NCBI RefSeq assembly: GCF_009914755.1
Contig: NC_060927.1
Source of the DNA: the human T2T-CHM13v2.0 reference genome, Homo sapiens
Reading direction: 5' to 3' (one strand)
DNA: 64,000 nt
Shown: one piece after another, positions 1 through 14,346 of the stretch
Layout of the letters: each line of letters starts with the position of its first letter
Position numbering within the stretch: position 1 is the stretch's first letter
The notes under the pieces: generated by a model
Told to the model about the DNA's origin: nothing
Database searches by the model: none
Seen by the model: only the letters and a program-made list of their open reading frames with translations
Position numbers and translations under genes: made by a program

Positions 1-3000
1 ATAAGGGGGCTTACATAGCATTTTCTGTGTTTTCAGTTCCATACTGTTAATTAGCAATTTTTAGGGTTTTTCATACAAAGCAAGAAACACACATTATTGC
101 TTATTAATAAATAATACTTCACATATAAAAAGTTTCCAGATCCTAAGCCAGAAAAATTGAAGAGGGAGAAATGAATCAGAGGGTGACAGGCAAGAAAGAC
201 AGACAGAACAACTCAGACATGAAGTGATATGGCTTGTTCTGGAGTGGGGGCAGTAGGGCAGGAAAGCATGGAAGGAACACAAAGCTTACTTCTAAGACAC
301 AACACATGCAGACTTAATCTATATCAATATTTTACATCAATGGCATTCTCATCATAGCATTGGGAATCACTGAGAATTGCTTTAAGTTATTTCAGCTCCA
401 TGAAACTCCCACTCCTGACCTTCCCTCCATCTGGTCCACTTCCCTCCATCTTCCCCACTCCTATACAGCTAGCCATCTACCCTGGTGCTCTGACAATACT
501 CTTTATCTATTTTTACATCTGTTTTTACCACTACACTTTGAACTTCTTGGAGGCAGAACCTAATACCTTGTAAACCTACATATACCCAGTTGCTTGCACT
601 GCACCAGATTCAGAGTAGGCTCTCAAATTGTTTGCAAGAGTGATGCTGATGTTGAATGTATTGAACATTTATTGTGTATTTGCAACATGGCAGGCACTGT
701 CATAAATACTTAACATAAAATATGTCTTTTTAATTCCAGCAATAGTCCTATGTGTACTGTTATTGTTACCTCCATTTCATAGGTGTAGAAAAGTGTAGGG
801 ATTTTACATAACTTGTCACAAGCTGCAAAGCTAGTAAGCTATAGCACCAAGATTCAAATCCAGAGAGTCCAACCCCTGATGTAATCGTAAGTCATTTTCC
901 TTCCTGTGACTTTGAAAACAAATGAGATAAGCCAGAAGCTCACAAATGAGCCCAAATTATTTCATGGTCACCTTTTATACACGTTACTCTCTGAGGTGCC
1001 AAAAACGTTCTGGCTAAATGCTCTGCCAAGGTGTCATCTGGGGAATCCTAACCAGACACTAGAGGCTATCATCATTCATTTACATGCCTTGATTTTCAAA
1101 AGACTGAGAACAGGTTGAAGATTTGAACATTGCAGCACAAATCTGCATCAAACAGACAGTGTATCTACCTTTCATCCCCATCCCCAGCCTCACACAGAGC
1201 CAGTGCATTTGCCCCCTTGGATCATTTGGCGAGGCTGTCAAGAACCTTAACACCCCTCAAAAAGAATGAAATCAAGCACAGCGGCATCTGTGCCAGTTCC
1301 TCTCTTTTTTTATTACTGCCCCCAAAGCCTATAAAAGCTTGGAATCTATTAATTCTTTCTTTATAGCTGGAATGTCTACTCATTATTATCTGAGAAAGGA
1401 AGAGTCAATTTAATACATTTGATTTCAAAGATTCTATCCAGTGAAGTCATAGTTCATTGCAGTCATATCAGCTGATTACTGTAAAGTGCAACAGTCTGCA
1501 TTTGTAAAGGAAAAAAGCACCCAAGCTTAGTAGGAGGTACACAGTAGAGAACGTGGGAGACATCGGGATAGCATTTGCTGCTGAACTGCATTTTGCAGAC
1601 CTGACCACCCCTTCCACTTTGCTCTGTTCCAGGAATGCCATTTAACTGTCATGGGCCTTATCCCCCTATAGCTGTAGGATAACCACAAGAGCCAGTGAGC
1701 ACTCACTAAAGCTAATCAATATTTAGAAGCTAAAAATGAAACGAAGAAACACACAAATGCAAGCATAGGCAGGGGAGGCTTTTACCCTGTGCCTCCAAGA
1801 CCTATGTCTAAGCTAATACATGCAACTGCTTCTGGGATTTATGGCTGCATTTATTCAAACCCTGTAGCCTCTGAAGAACAGCTCATCCTCTCCTTCCATA
1901 TTAGATTGGACCAGCCAGAGGCAGGCCCTTCTCTGCCAACAGTCAGGGAGGTGAGAGTAAATCTGCCACCATGTAGATTCCATCATTCTCAACTCCTATC
2001 AGGTAACTGAAATCCACCTATAATCTGTCACCCATGCCAAGGCCATGTTTGAACTTCATTTGATGCCCTGTGTTAGAAAGAATCTTTCTTGCTCACATGC
2101 TTCTTAAAAGCAGAATTAGATGGCTCCAGATGACTTAAACAAAAATCTGAGGGCCTACAATGTGCCACTAATGACAGGTGCTGAGGAAATCCGGGGAGTT
2201 GATAACCAGCTAATCAGCTAGCTAGCTATCCACGCCATGAGGCGGCAAAATGTCTTTTCCCATACTTTCCTGTTAGCCACTGGGGAAGCTGCCCCACAGA
2301 CAGTGCTTTTTAGAGTGCATAGAGCAGACATGGGAATATAACTGCTGCACCTGCACAGTGACTTGTCGCCAATAAAAATTCACCTGTGTCTCATTTATTG
2401 AGCCTGTACTTATAAAGAGGTTTATAGTCTGTTGTCTTAATGAACCACTTTAAAGTCTAAAGGGGAGATAGAAGAGCAATGAGTAGAGGCCATTTCACCA
2501 TCTCAGGGCCCTCTCAGTTTCTTCCCCTTGCATAGCACCTAGGAGGTTTCTAACAATGCAAGCATTAAGACCCACAGCTGCCTAGGACACAGGTCTTTCC
2601 ATTTCCCAGGGGTCCTGCACTTTGTTAAGGTTTGGTTTCCCAGAATCACAATCCCTCCTCTTAAAGGCTAAAAACACATGAAATTGTATTTTCACAACTG
2701 CATAGCAAGTCGCCTGTCCACTCAGTTATAGTGGGGATGCAGGATCCAAACACGATGACTCCCAGAAGACACGTCCTGGTGAATTACGTGTTAGGCACAC
2801 TGCAGAATGCAAATGTAAACAAGTCACTTGAGAAAGTGTCTTAAGTTCCTGCCCTTAAGAAGCTTATAATTTAAATACACCAATGGCTTGTGGACAAATC
2901 ATTCTGAAGCAAAACAGAGATGCAGGTGATAAAAAGTGTGAACAGAGCAAGGCAGAAAAACAAAAGTAAGGATTAACATTAACCAGGGGACCTAGATGAT

Positions 3001-3357
3001 GAACCAAACCTCCCTGATATGTTTTTCATAAGAAAGTGTCTTAGTAACAGGGGTTTTGTGGCTCGATCAGGTTAACAAAAGGAAGAGTGTGTGGGTTTCC
3101 AGCCCTGTCCAACCACCACTTGTGGTGGGATCAGAATTTGGACTCCACGCTCCAGGTTCAACCCCAGCCTCATTCCAACCCTGTCAAGCACATTTCTAAT
3201 CAAAGTTTCAGAGTCCTATGTCCCTCCAAAATCAGAAGTACAGTTCCCCAGAGAGCAGACAGTAGTTCTACCATTAGAAAAGCATTCCCACTATTTATTT
3301 AGAAAATGGGAAGCAGCAATAGCACAATGCTTACATTTCATGTTTTAAAATCGGACT

Positions 3358-3698
<341 letters not shown>

Positions 3699-5496
3699 TC
3701 ATTTTCAATAAATCACTTAACCTAAGCCTCACTTTCCACATCTATAAAATTAGAATAGTATATATCACAAGATGTGGCTGCATTAATAAGACTAGACTTT
3801 TATTAAAATAATTAACCCAGTGCTTGACACGTGGCCAGTGGTCACAAAGTATATTAGCTATAAATATTGGTATTAAATTTTGTTCTTTCTCATCTCCCAC
3901 TGCTTCAATCGACTAGCCTAAATGCATGTGTATTACTATTATTATTATATAAATTACACTCCAGATCAGTGTCAGGTACATCCACATGTTGGTGTGACCT
4001 GAGACTCTATCCTAGCCACATTTCAGTATAGTTCTTGGAACTGCAAAGCTTAGGACCAAATCCTGGACCACAAATTCCTCGCTGAAAGTCTTGCCCTAAC
4101 CAAGGCCAGCATGTGCCACTGGCCTGTGCCACCCACCCACCTGGCCCTCACTCAACACCTAGCACACACAGCCCTCAGAAGCTCAGCATGTGCTCAGTTT
4201 CCACTGGTTTCATGAACATTCTACTCTTGTCTCCCAGCTGCTCCGAGGGAAGGGCCATACTCTCCCCATTACTCAACCTCACTGTGGCACATGGTAGAAG
4301 CCTGCACAGTTTTCCTGTACATAATATGACAGTGTCCATGATTTTTCTCTCCCTCTGTTTTTATGATAGCCAAGACCATGCTAGGCTGGGCGAATGACCA
4401 CAATGATTACTGGAGCTGAGCCTCCACCCAGTTCTGCAGACTCTTAAGCCCTCTTCCTTTCTCCACATTTCCTAGAGGGTATTCTCAAGGCCATGGTGGC
4501 TACTGCAGTTTCCAGCAACTCATTCCTCCTTGATTACTGCCCCTTTCCTTCCCTCGCCATCATAGTAATGGTGAGTAACAGTAACAGTAAACATAGGAAC
4601 ATTTTTCTACTCTATTCTAATTTTTTTTCAAAATCTGATTGCAACCCATTAAACTCACTCCACAACCCATTACAATTTGAAAAACACCTGGTATCTGTGA
4701 TTCCAGGAAGATGACATGCTAAAAGGAGCTCTGATCATTTGAGAAAAGGAATTCCCCAACTTTGTGGGAACAAAAGAGCTGAGCTCTAGGGGTAACAGTG
4801 GAGGAAATAAAGTGTATGGAGGTGGAATGGGGTGGTAGTTACTGATACTGTAGAAAAATAGGGAATGGTTAGATCATAGAAGGTCTTGCTAAGTTAAGGA
4901 GTTTAGCCTATGCTGTAAGTCACGAGCAGGCATTCATTTCATTAATAAATGGATACAAGGATACACAAAACATAGCTTGCCTTTGTGGAGCTTATAGTCT
5001 CTTCTGCAGGAAGAGGGTGTGGAGGGAGACAACCAAATAATTTGTTAACAAATGAACAAATGGCACATTATGATAGGGGCTTGGGAAGAGTTTCAGGCAG
5101 CAGGAACAGTGTGCATAACAGCATAGAGGTGAGAAAAGCATGGAACATTAAGAAAACAGAAAGAGTTAGTAAGGAATGGTTTTAGACAGGAATAGCTCTC
5201 CCAGTCCTGGCCCCAAAGTCCTTTCTCTACAGGAGGAATAAGTTATTTGAGCTACCTTATCTTGAAGGAAATGATTATCGTTATGTTTGTAAAATATGAC
5301 AAGCGCTTCAGAATAAAGAATGACACGAAAATACGTAGAAAGCAGAAGATAGGATCAGAGAACCCATCTATCTCTCCAGGTGTTGAAGAGATGGCCTTCC
5401 TAGAAATATCACAGAGACCTGACTAGGAAATTTGCCTTCACGGTGTGTGGAGCTGGTCAACTATGAAGCAGTGTCTCAGGCATATTATACTTTAAC

Positions 5497-6097
5497 ACCT
5501 TTATTGAGGTACTTACATACCATAAAATTCACTCAGGTTACCACCATCCAATATTGAAGCATTTTCATCACCCAAAAAGATCCCTCCGGCCCATTTACAG
5601 GCACTCCCTGTTTTCCTCTCCACCCTAGCCAACCAGTAATCTACTTTCTACCTCCGTAGATTTGCATTTTCTAGACATTTCATATATACAGAATCATACA
5701 ATATGCAATCATTGTGTCTGGCTTCTTTCACTTAGCATAACATTTTGAGGTTCATGCATGCTGCAGCCTGATTCAGTACTTCCTTCATTTTTATTGCCTA
5801 ATAGTATTCTATTGTATGAAAACACTACACTTTGTTTACCTATCCATCAGTTGATAGACATTTGGGTGGTTTCCATTTTTGGGCCACTGTGAATAATGCT
5901 CCTTATGAACACTCCTGTACAAGTTTCTGTGTGAACCTATGTTTTCATTTCTCTTGGGTACATACGCAGAAGTGGACTTGCTAGGTCGTGTAGTAAGTTT
6001 AACTTTTTCAGAAATAGCCAAACTGTTTTTCAAAGTGGCTGAGTTATTTCATAGACCCACCGGCAATGTATGAGAGTTCCAGTTTCTGCATATTCTT
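5497..6097 (-). mobile_element. L1M (L1MB-like) 3' fragment
   Basis: Typical old L1 3' end in reverse (ctttattgagg..., tctggcttctttcacttagcat). ORF 5836-6033 resembles a degraded ORF2 C-terminal region. Confidence 0.8.
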
Positions 6098-7846
6098 AGG
6101 TATATTTTTAAATTCAGATTTACATGTATTGTGGAGGAAGCATCCCCTGGATAAAGGTTTGACTTTATCAAGTCTGTGAAGTGCAGAGTTCACATGATCT
6201 CACAACTTATGCACATTCCAAGTTTCACTTAAATGTACTTAAAAAATTTTGAGAGCTGTCCATTTGAAAACATGGTTGAAATAATTCAGTATAAAAATGC
6301 GATACTAAACAACCAAGTAAATATAATGATCATAGAAATTTTAACCAGAATATTTGTCAAAGGGGAGTTATTAAGGAACCATGCAACTCAAATAAAAATG
6401 TTCCTTGCAAACTAAACAAAATCTCCACAGGGACAAAATCCTGATTGTGAATCCTGCAAACCAGCAGCAACTTATAGAAGGCAGCAGCCACACGGAGGAA
6501 ACAGGAAAGAAGGACAGGGGATTATTTTTTTAAATCTGATGCAACTTGCATTGTATCAAGTGATGAGATACAAGAGACCTTGCTTCCAGAAAAGAAAAGA
6601 AACAGACCTGGCCTCAAAGGGACAGAGAACTTAATAGTCACAGGAATGTCCCTGCTGCTTTGAATACCCCCAGGTACTCTTTGCAAACATACACACTAAT
6701 TAAAGGGGGTTGGGGGACTGAACTGGCAAGAGCTTTGGTTCAGAGATCACAGAGGGACACCCAGCCTTCAAACCCCTTCAACAGACTCTTTCAATCTAGA
6801 AAGCAAACCCTGTATCTGGGGCTCGGATCTCTGTATCTCTCTAAGATTTATTTTAAGTATCATACATATTTCACTGAATGTCTACGATTTCCTCTCTTCA
6901 TAGAGAGGCTTCCTCCTGAAGAAGGACCCTTTTTGTTTCCAGTGATGAGGACCTATAATAATTATCCACTGGCACTTTTTCTGGTGCAATCAGTGAAATG
7001 GAGGTTTAGGTACCCAGCTGGTCAGGTTCCAGCAGATTTCCCATGCTAATTTTCAGTCACTCAAAGAAAACAAAGGAAAAACTAAGATTGGTTTACCATG
7101 ATTTTAAAGAAATACTGTTCCTCTTCCCTTTCCCCCTCCCCCAAAATGTGTAAACTTCTATATTTCACACTTTTACATCTGTTCTTCTCCCAAAATAAAA
7201 GCTGTTTATATTCAAGAAATGATGGCTACAATACCAGCACAAGTTACATCTTTAAAATACTCCCAGAGAGAATATACATATTGTTCAGACAACAGAGTGT
7301 CTGTGCAATGTTCTTTCCCTGAATAGCATCTGGGTATTGGCTCTAGAAAGCACTACAGCGCTTTATTTGTTTATTTGTTTGCATGGAAAGAAAACTGAGT
7401 ACTCTCTAACTGGTGCTGGAGCTACCAATTTAAAGAAGACAGAAGAAGCAGAGGCCTTTTAGGAAGAGCAAATGCTTAGTTTTGACTCTGTCAACCATTC
7501 CAGAGTAAGACACCAGCAACAGAACCACCTGGTTCCACTGCTACCCAGAGTATCCATGCTCTGAAAGTCTTGGAGCTCAATTGAAAAATCGCAGCACTCC
7601 CAAACTCAAAGGGCCCTTTCAACCACGCCAATTGCAACATATATTATCTCAAGCGTTGGAGGAATCAGATAAACAGGCTGTGAAAAAGCCATTTCAAATT
7701 TGTAGCTTTCTTAGACAGAGTCTATGATTTCACCACCACTAGAAAGGAAACTGCTCCAAACTTAGTTCCAGACGGAAGTTTTCAAATGATGTCATTCATT
7801 GTCCCATCTAGAGCAGTTAGTATTCCCGATTTAAAGGCTTGAACAG

Positions 7847-8140
7847 GGCCCAGCACACTGGCTCCTACCTGTAATCCCAGCACTTTTGGGAGGCTGAGCC
7901 CAAGAGTTTGAGACCACGCTGGGCAACATAGGGAGACCCCCCATCTCTACAAAAAAAAAAAATTTCAAAAAATTAGCTGGGTGTGGTAGCACACACCTGT
8001 AGTCCCAGCTCAAGAGGCTGAAGTGGGAGGATCACTTGTACCCAGAAGTTTGAGGCTACAGTGAGCCATGATTGAGCCACTGCACTCCAGCCTGGGCAAC
8101 AGAGCAAGACCCTGCCTCAAAAAATAAAATAAAAATAAAA
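7847..8140 (+). mobile_element. AluJ
   Basis: Diverged dimer with a small left-arm deletion; flanked by TSD-like gcttgaaca on both sides. Confidence 0.9.
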
Positions 8141-9164
8141 TGCTTGAACAATTCCCTGATACTTTAATGATATTAACACCTCTTCTGAGAAAACTGGAGC
8201 TATCCCTCTAAGTGTCAATACTGGGAAAAACCTAATAATCTTTAACCAGGTATTTTTTATATCTAGTCTGATGATGATTGTCTAACCATCGGTTTTTCCT
8301 TCAAAATAGTTCTTCTATGAGGGGAGGTCTTCAAATTTACATTTTTAAAAGCATTTTCCCCAGCAATGAGTATAAAATTTTCATGCACGCTCACTATCAG
8401 TTGTATATAAAGTTGCTTTAACAACCATACTTGCCATCAACTTTTCCTCCATATAAACAGACATGCAATATAAGCAATGTGCTTATCTAAGAACTGTGGA
8501 TTAAATAGCAACATGGGACACTTTTGTGGCTAGGTAAGAGATGCTTACAAGTTGTTGTTACAAAGAAAGTCTGTGGGATTTCCCAGTAAGGAAATCTTCA
8601 ACCTGCTGTCTAGATTCCAAATATACATTCCATTTCCCAGGTCTCAAAAAATAAATAACTCGAAGATTTTAGGCTTCTAACAGAAGTAGGGCTGAAAGAA
8701 TTTGTGAATATGGATTCTTTCTTTCAGTTTCCAAGCAAATGTCAGCACCTCCTGGGGCTTCAAACTCAATCCCTACAGGCCTATAGGGAAAAACAGGAAA
8801 TCGACATCAGAAGGATGCATCTTGTTGATCAAGGGAGTGGGGCTTTTCTGCACCTTGAATAAACTTGCTAAAAAAAAAAAAAAAAAGAAAAAGACATGTC
8901 AATGCAAAGAACAATGCAAAGTACAGAATTATCAATTGAAAGTTGTAGACTTTTCAATTTCAAGTATCTTTGAGTCTTACAAACAATTCAAATGCAAATA
9001 TTAGTAAAAAAATTTTAACTTCCATACTCCTAAGAATGTGTACTGTCCACAATTTCTCTGAGGTCATATGCCTTATGAAAAAGTTGCACTTACCATAAAT
9101 AATTTACTATTTCCTATTCTGCAACATTTTCAGGCATACCCAAATTTCCATGAATATATTTTGC

Positions 9165-9309
9165 TTTTCTTTTTTATTTTATTTTATTTTATTGAGATAT
9201 GGTCTCGCCATGTTGCCCAGGCTGATTTCACACTCCTGGGCTCAAGTGAAGCTTCCACCTTGGCCTCCCAAAGTGCTGGGATTACAGGCATGAGCCACCA
9301 TGCCCAGCC
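9165..9309 (-). mobile_element. FLAM/Alu left monomer
   Basis: T-rich tail followed by a single monomer ending ...gagccaccatgcccagcc. Confidence 0.85.
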
Positions 9310-9337
9310 AAGGAAACTATCTTTTAAACATTTAGGC

Positions 9338-9802
9338 CAGTGGTTCTCAGACTCCCACATGCTTCTGAATTACTAGGAGGGCTTCTTAACGCAAAAGTTG
9401 CTGGTCCCCATCCTAAGAGTTTCTGATTCAATAGTTGAGCGAGCCCAGGCATGGTGGCTCACGCCTGTAATCCTAGCACTTTGAGAGGCTGAGGCAGGCA
9501 GATCCCTTGAGCTTAGGAATCCGAGATCACGTAGGAAAGCCCTTCTCTATAAAAAATACAAAAATCAGTCAGGTATGGTGGCACATGCCTGTAGTACTTG
9601 CTACCCCAGGAGCTGAGATGAGAGAATCACCTGAGAACCGGAGGTCGAAGCTGCAGTGAGCTGAGATCGCACCACTGGACTCCAGCCTGGGTGACAGAGT
9701 GAGACCCTGTCTCCAAAAAAAAAAAAAAAAAGTTGAGAGAGGCAGGGCCTAACAGAGGATCCTGAAGCTGCTGGTCCAAGGATCCCACTTTGAGAACTGC
9801 TG
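9338..9802. mobile_element. MER5A (hAT-Charlie) split by an Alu
   Basis: cagtggttctca... start and ...ctttgagaactgctg end (terminal inverted repeats), with internal agtttctgattca and gctgctggtcc motifs. Confidence 0.75.
9442..9730 (+). mobile_element. AluJ inserted in MER5A
   Basis: Full dimer with A-tail; TSD-like agttgagcga / agttgagaga. Confidence 0.9.
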
Positions 9803-11202
9803 ACTTAGGGAGTTAAACTGTCAACTAGCTTTTAGAAAATCACAACATGCAGGATAACATTTACTGAGAATCTACCAACTGCAGAACTCTCTACTACCTA
9901 CTGAGTAAGCCGCACAGGTCCTTGCTCCAAACACCATCTAAATTGGCAACACAGGGTATACGTGCGAGGGGACAATACACAGACACATATCCAAAACAGC
10001 AAGAAGTAGTTAATACAGTCAAACTAAAGATGTTTCATTTCTCCAGTGCATTTCTTTATGATGTATCCTACGGTGCAGTTAAATCTATTACTCTCAGATG
10101 GACATTACTAAACCACAATGCGTAGCCATTCTTCCTTGCACTATGCCACTTCATTTCACTTACTAATGGCAGTTTCATCTGAAGCCAGGGCATGAAATGT
10201 AGAGAGGGACCTCATTTTAAAGCTTATTTATGTTATTCGTGTTGTAGCAACTGTAAGGATCAGTGTGATGATCAACACTCAGATTTCAGTGATAAGTTAT
10301 CAAGCAGAGTCATCGAGTGCAGATATGATCTAATTCTGCCATCAGGCTGAACTGAAATGCACAAAAACAGTCCAACAGAATCTGAACTCTAACTTTCCCA
10401 TCATTGTATAGGTTTTTAAAGCATAGCTAGCACCAACTTTCAAATGCATACTTTTCTCATGACCCTGTCCTGAGTTTAAGTGCATTTGTATCCAGATTAT
10501 AATCAGAGAGGGTATTTAATTAGATAATGTTTGCAAGTACTTTGAAGATATAAAGTGCTCTATAAATGCTAAATATTATTATTATTGTTTAAATACAGTT
10601 TGCAATTACTGCTTACAACCTGTTCCACCCACCACACTGCTATCATTTGATTACAGGCAGCTTTAAAAAAAATACCTAGAGGTAGAAATGATGAAACCAT
10701 ATTCATGTGAAGCCCTGGATTTTTACCCTAGACATAAATAATTTATAGGCATTTTAAATGGAGGATTAGGTTATAAACTGTAGTAAATCAAGAAAATTGC
10801 CCTCTGCAAGACCAACTACCATAAAGTTGTGTCAATTTTAATAGTTTCTTACTTATAAACCAGGTTGAAAGTAGATTATAGTCCAGAATACGGAGCTTTT
10901 TACTCTGGTGGTTTCCTGTTCTATCTTCTATTTTCTCCATTAGAATCTTAAAATATCTACCTATGTGAAAAACTGAAAGCACAACTTAAGATTTTGATTT
11001 TAGCAATTGTCTGGCAGATTAAGGCTTGAGAATAGTCTCTATTCTATCATGGCCGTAGCTCACCTTGCTATCTTCTATGATCATCACAGAGTCAGCTGTC
11101 TCCAATTCTTAAAAAACTGAAACCTTTGAGCCTGATTCCACACATCCTCCAAACACACTTGCTGGATAATTTTCCAGAAAGAATGACAGTTTAAATGTAA
11201 AC

Positions 11203-11548
<346 letters not shown>

Positions 11549-11959
11549 TCACTGTTAATCCCCAAATAGCTACCATATTAGGTTTTTAAGGTTTTAGGCA
11601 AGAAAAAAAAAAAAACACGTTATAATCTGACATTGGTCATCTTACAAAACAAAGTTACAAGGAAGAAATACCTTGGAAATAGCTCTTAAAACACCACTAT
11701 GCTCATGAAAGACAACTTGTGCCCTAAACCAAAGGCTTCTGGGAAGTCTGTGAGCCTCAGGGTGATAATACAACAGATAATTCTGATGTCATGACAAGGT
11801 CCATAAATCAAATGATGGCTATGTGAGTCACTATTGGCAGTGGCTTTGGGCCAGTCAGTCGTAAGCTCAGCCACTTAGTAGCTCTACGATCTTTGGTAAA
11901 CTAATTGATTTTTCAGAGTCTTATGTGTTCATTTATAAATGCTACACACCTACAGCACA

Positions 11960-12445
11960 AGAAATTGGAAGCCAATCTGGCAATATCTAGAGCCTTAGAG
12001 ATCATTCATACACTTTCATTCTAAATTCAATTTCTAAGGAGTTATCCTAAGGAAACAGAGATGCACACAAAGACTTATATATAAGGATGTTTATTGAAGC
12101 ACTATTTATCAGTTGGAAAGTTAGAAATAACCTCAAGCTTCATCAACAGGAACTGGTTAAATATATTATGATCCATCTCCACAACAAAATGCTAAGCAGT
12201 CTAAAAACATGATTAGAAAGTTGAGCACTGACTGAATATTTTATTACACGTTAAATTTTTTAGGCATGATAATACTATTATGGTTATGTATTTTTTAAGT
12301 ACACAAACTACTGAAATATTTATAAATGAAATAATATGCTACTTTAAAATAATATGGGGGAGAAGGTGGGTAGGAGTACAGATGAAACAGGATTCATTAT
12401 GGGGGATAATTGTTCAGTAGAGAGATTATTAACCCTTTTATCTAC
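11960..12445 (+). mobile_element. Ancient L1M fragments
   Basis: Motifs such as ctggcaatatcta, aggatgtttattgaagcactattt and tactgaaatatttataaatgaaataat are typical of old L1 3' ends. Confidence 0.55.
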
Positions 12446-12449
12446 TTTT

Positions 12450-13045
12450 TAATAAGAGTTTTATTGAGCTTTAATTCACATTCCATAAGACTTACTCTTT
12501 TGAAGTGTACAAGTGACTTTTAGTATGTTTCACAGAGTTGTACAAACATCTGCACTATCTAATTTGGGACGTTAGCAGTCACTCCCTGCCAGCAAGCATT
12601 AGTCTACCTTCTATCTCTATGGATTTGCTTATTCCAGACATTTTATATAAATGGAATCATACAACCATGTGTCTTCTCGTGTTTGGCTTTTTTCACATAG
12701 CATAATGTTCATCCATGTTGCAGTGTGTATCAGCACTTCCTTTTATTGTAGAATAAATATTCCATTGTAAGGATATACTATGCTACATTTTGTTTATTCA
12801 TTCATTGGTTGATGGACACTTGGGTTGTCTCCTATTTGAGGTTACTATAAATATTCATGTACACTTTTTTTTTTTTTTTTTTGCATGAATACGTCCTTAG
12901 TTCTCTTGGGCATATACTTAGGAGTGAAATTCCTGGGTCACATGGTAACTCTGTATTTAGCATTTTGAGAAACTGTCAAACTGTTTTCCAAAATGGCTGT
13001 ACCATTTTACATTCCTATCAGTAATATAGGAGCATTCCAATATTC
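12450..13045 (-). mobile_element. L1MB-like 3' fragment
   Basis: Reverse L1 3' end (ttttattgagc..., aatggaatcataca, gatggacacttgggttg). Confidence 0.8.
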
Positions 13046-13052
13046 TGTCTAC

Positions 13053-13716
13053 TTATTATTATTATACTTTGAGTTCCGGGATACATGTACAGAACGTGCA
13101 GGTTTGTTACATAGGTATACATGTGCCATGGTGGTTTGCTGCACCCATCAACCCATCATATACATTAGGTATTTCTCCTAATGCTATCCCTCCCCTAGCC
13201 CCCCATTTACTGACAAGCCCCGGTGTGTGTTATTCCCCTCCCTGTGTACATATGTTCTCATTGTTCAACTCCCACTTATGAGTAAGAACATACAGTGTTT
13301 GGTTTTCTGTTCTTGTGTTAGTTTGCTGAGAATGATGGTTTCCAGCTTCACCCATGTCCCTGCAAAGGACATGAACTCATCCTTTTTTATGGCTGTGTAG
13401 CATTCCATGGTGTATATGTGCCACATTTTCTTTATCCAGTCTATCATTGATGGGCATTTGGGTTGGTTCCAAGTCTTTGCTATTGTGAACAGTGCCATAA
13501 TAAACATACATGTGCATGTGCCTTTACAGTAGAATGAATTATAATCCTTTGGGTATATACCCAGTAATGGGATTGTTGGGTCAAATGGTATTTCTGGTTC
13601 TAGATCTTTGAGGAATCGCCACACCGTCTTCCACAATGGTTGAACTAATTTACACTCCCAACAGTGTAAAAGCGTTCCTATTTCTCCATGTCCTCCCCAG
13701 CATCTGTTGTTTCCTG
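13053..13716 (-). mobile_element. L1PA 5'-truncated 3' end (~660 bp)
   Basis: ORF 13265-13750 encodes the L1 ORF2 C-terminus (CKLVQPLWKTVWRFLKDLE...KTWNQPKCPS). Primate 3'UTR present; TSD tctgtctac on both sides. Confidence 0.95.
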
Positions 13717-14085
13717 TAATCTGTCTACCTTTTAAGTTTAAATTCCCCATGAAAAAGAGTTTTAAAAGTTATGCCATAGAAAAAGATTAATAGCATGAGA
13801 AAAGGCTAATTATTAGGTTTAAAAAATAGGTTACATATAATATGTACAATATTATCTCCACTTTAAAAAAAATCTATTTATCCATGCATAGGAAAAAACT
13901 ACTAAGCCATACACCAAAGTGCATATGTGGTTATCATTAGGAATCATAAGTTTAAATAATTTGAGAATTCTTTTTATTTTTTCTCCATTTTCCAAATTTT
14001 CTGCACTGACCATGCAGAAACCATTGCAATGACCATTGCTTTTACAATGAGAACCAGAAAAGCCTTTTAAAAATTAAACAAAATT

Positions 14086-14346
14086 TTTGGGAGGCCAAGG
14101 AGGGTGGATCACCTGAGGTCACAAGTTCGAGACCAGCCTGGCCAACATGGTGAAACCCCGTCTCTACTATAAGTATAAAAATTAGCCAGGTGTAGTGGTG
14201 GGCACCTGTAATCCCAGCTACTTGGGAGGCTGAGGCAAGAGAATTGCTTGAACCCAGGAGACGGAGGTTGCAGTCAGCCAACACGGTGCCACTGCACTCC
14301 AGCCTGGGTGATGAAGTGAGACTCCGTCTCAAACATAAAAAAAAAA
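14086..14346 (+). mobile_element. AluS, 5'-truncated
   Basis: Starts at tttgggagg; TSD-like aaaaattaaacaaa(a)ttttt on both flanks. Confidence 0.92.

Noticed and set aside
6660-7049. 129-aa ORF antisense to TNIK
   Set aside because: Non-ATG start, no recognisable similarity and no splice or promoter support.
13265-13750. 161-aa ORF
   Set aside because: L1 ORF2 C-terminal remnant of a 5'-truncated element; not a gene and not retrotransposition-competent.
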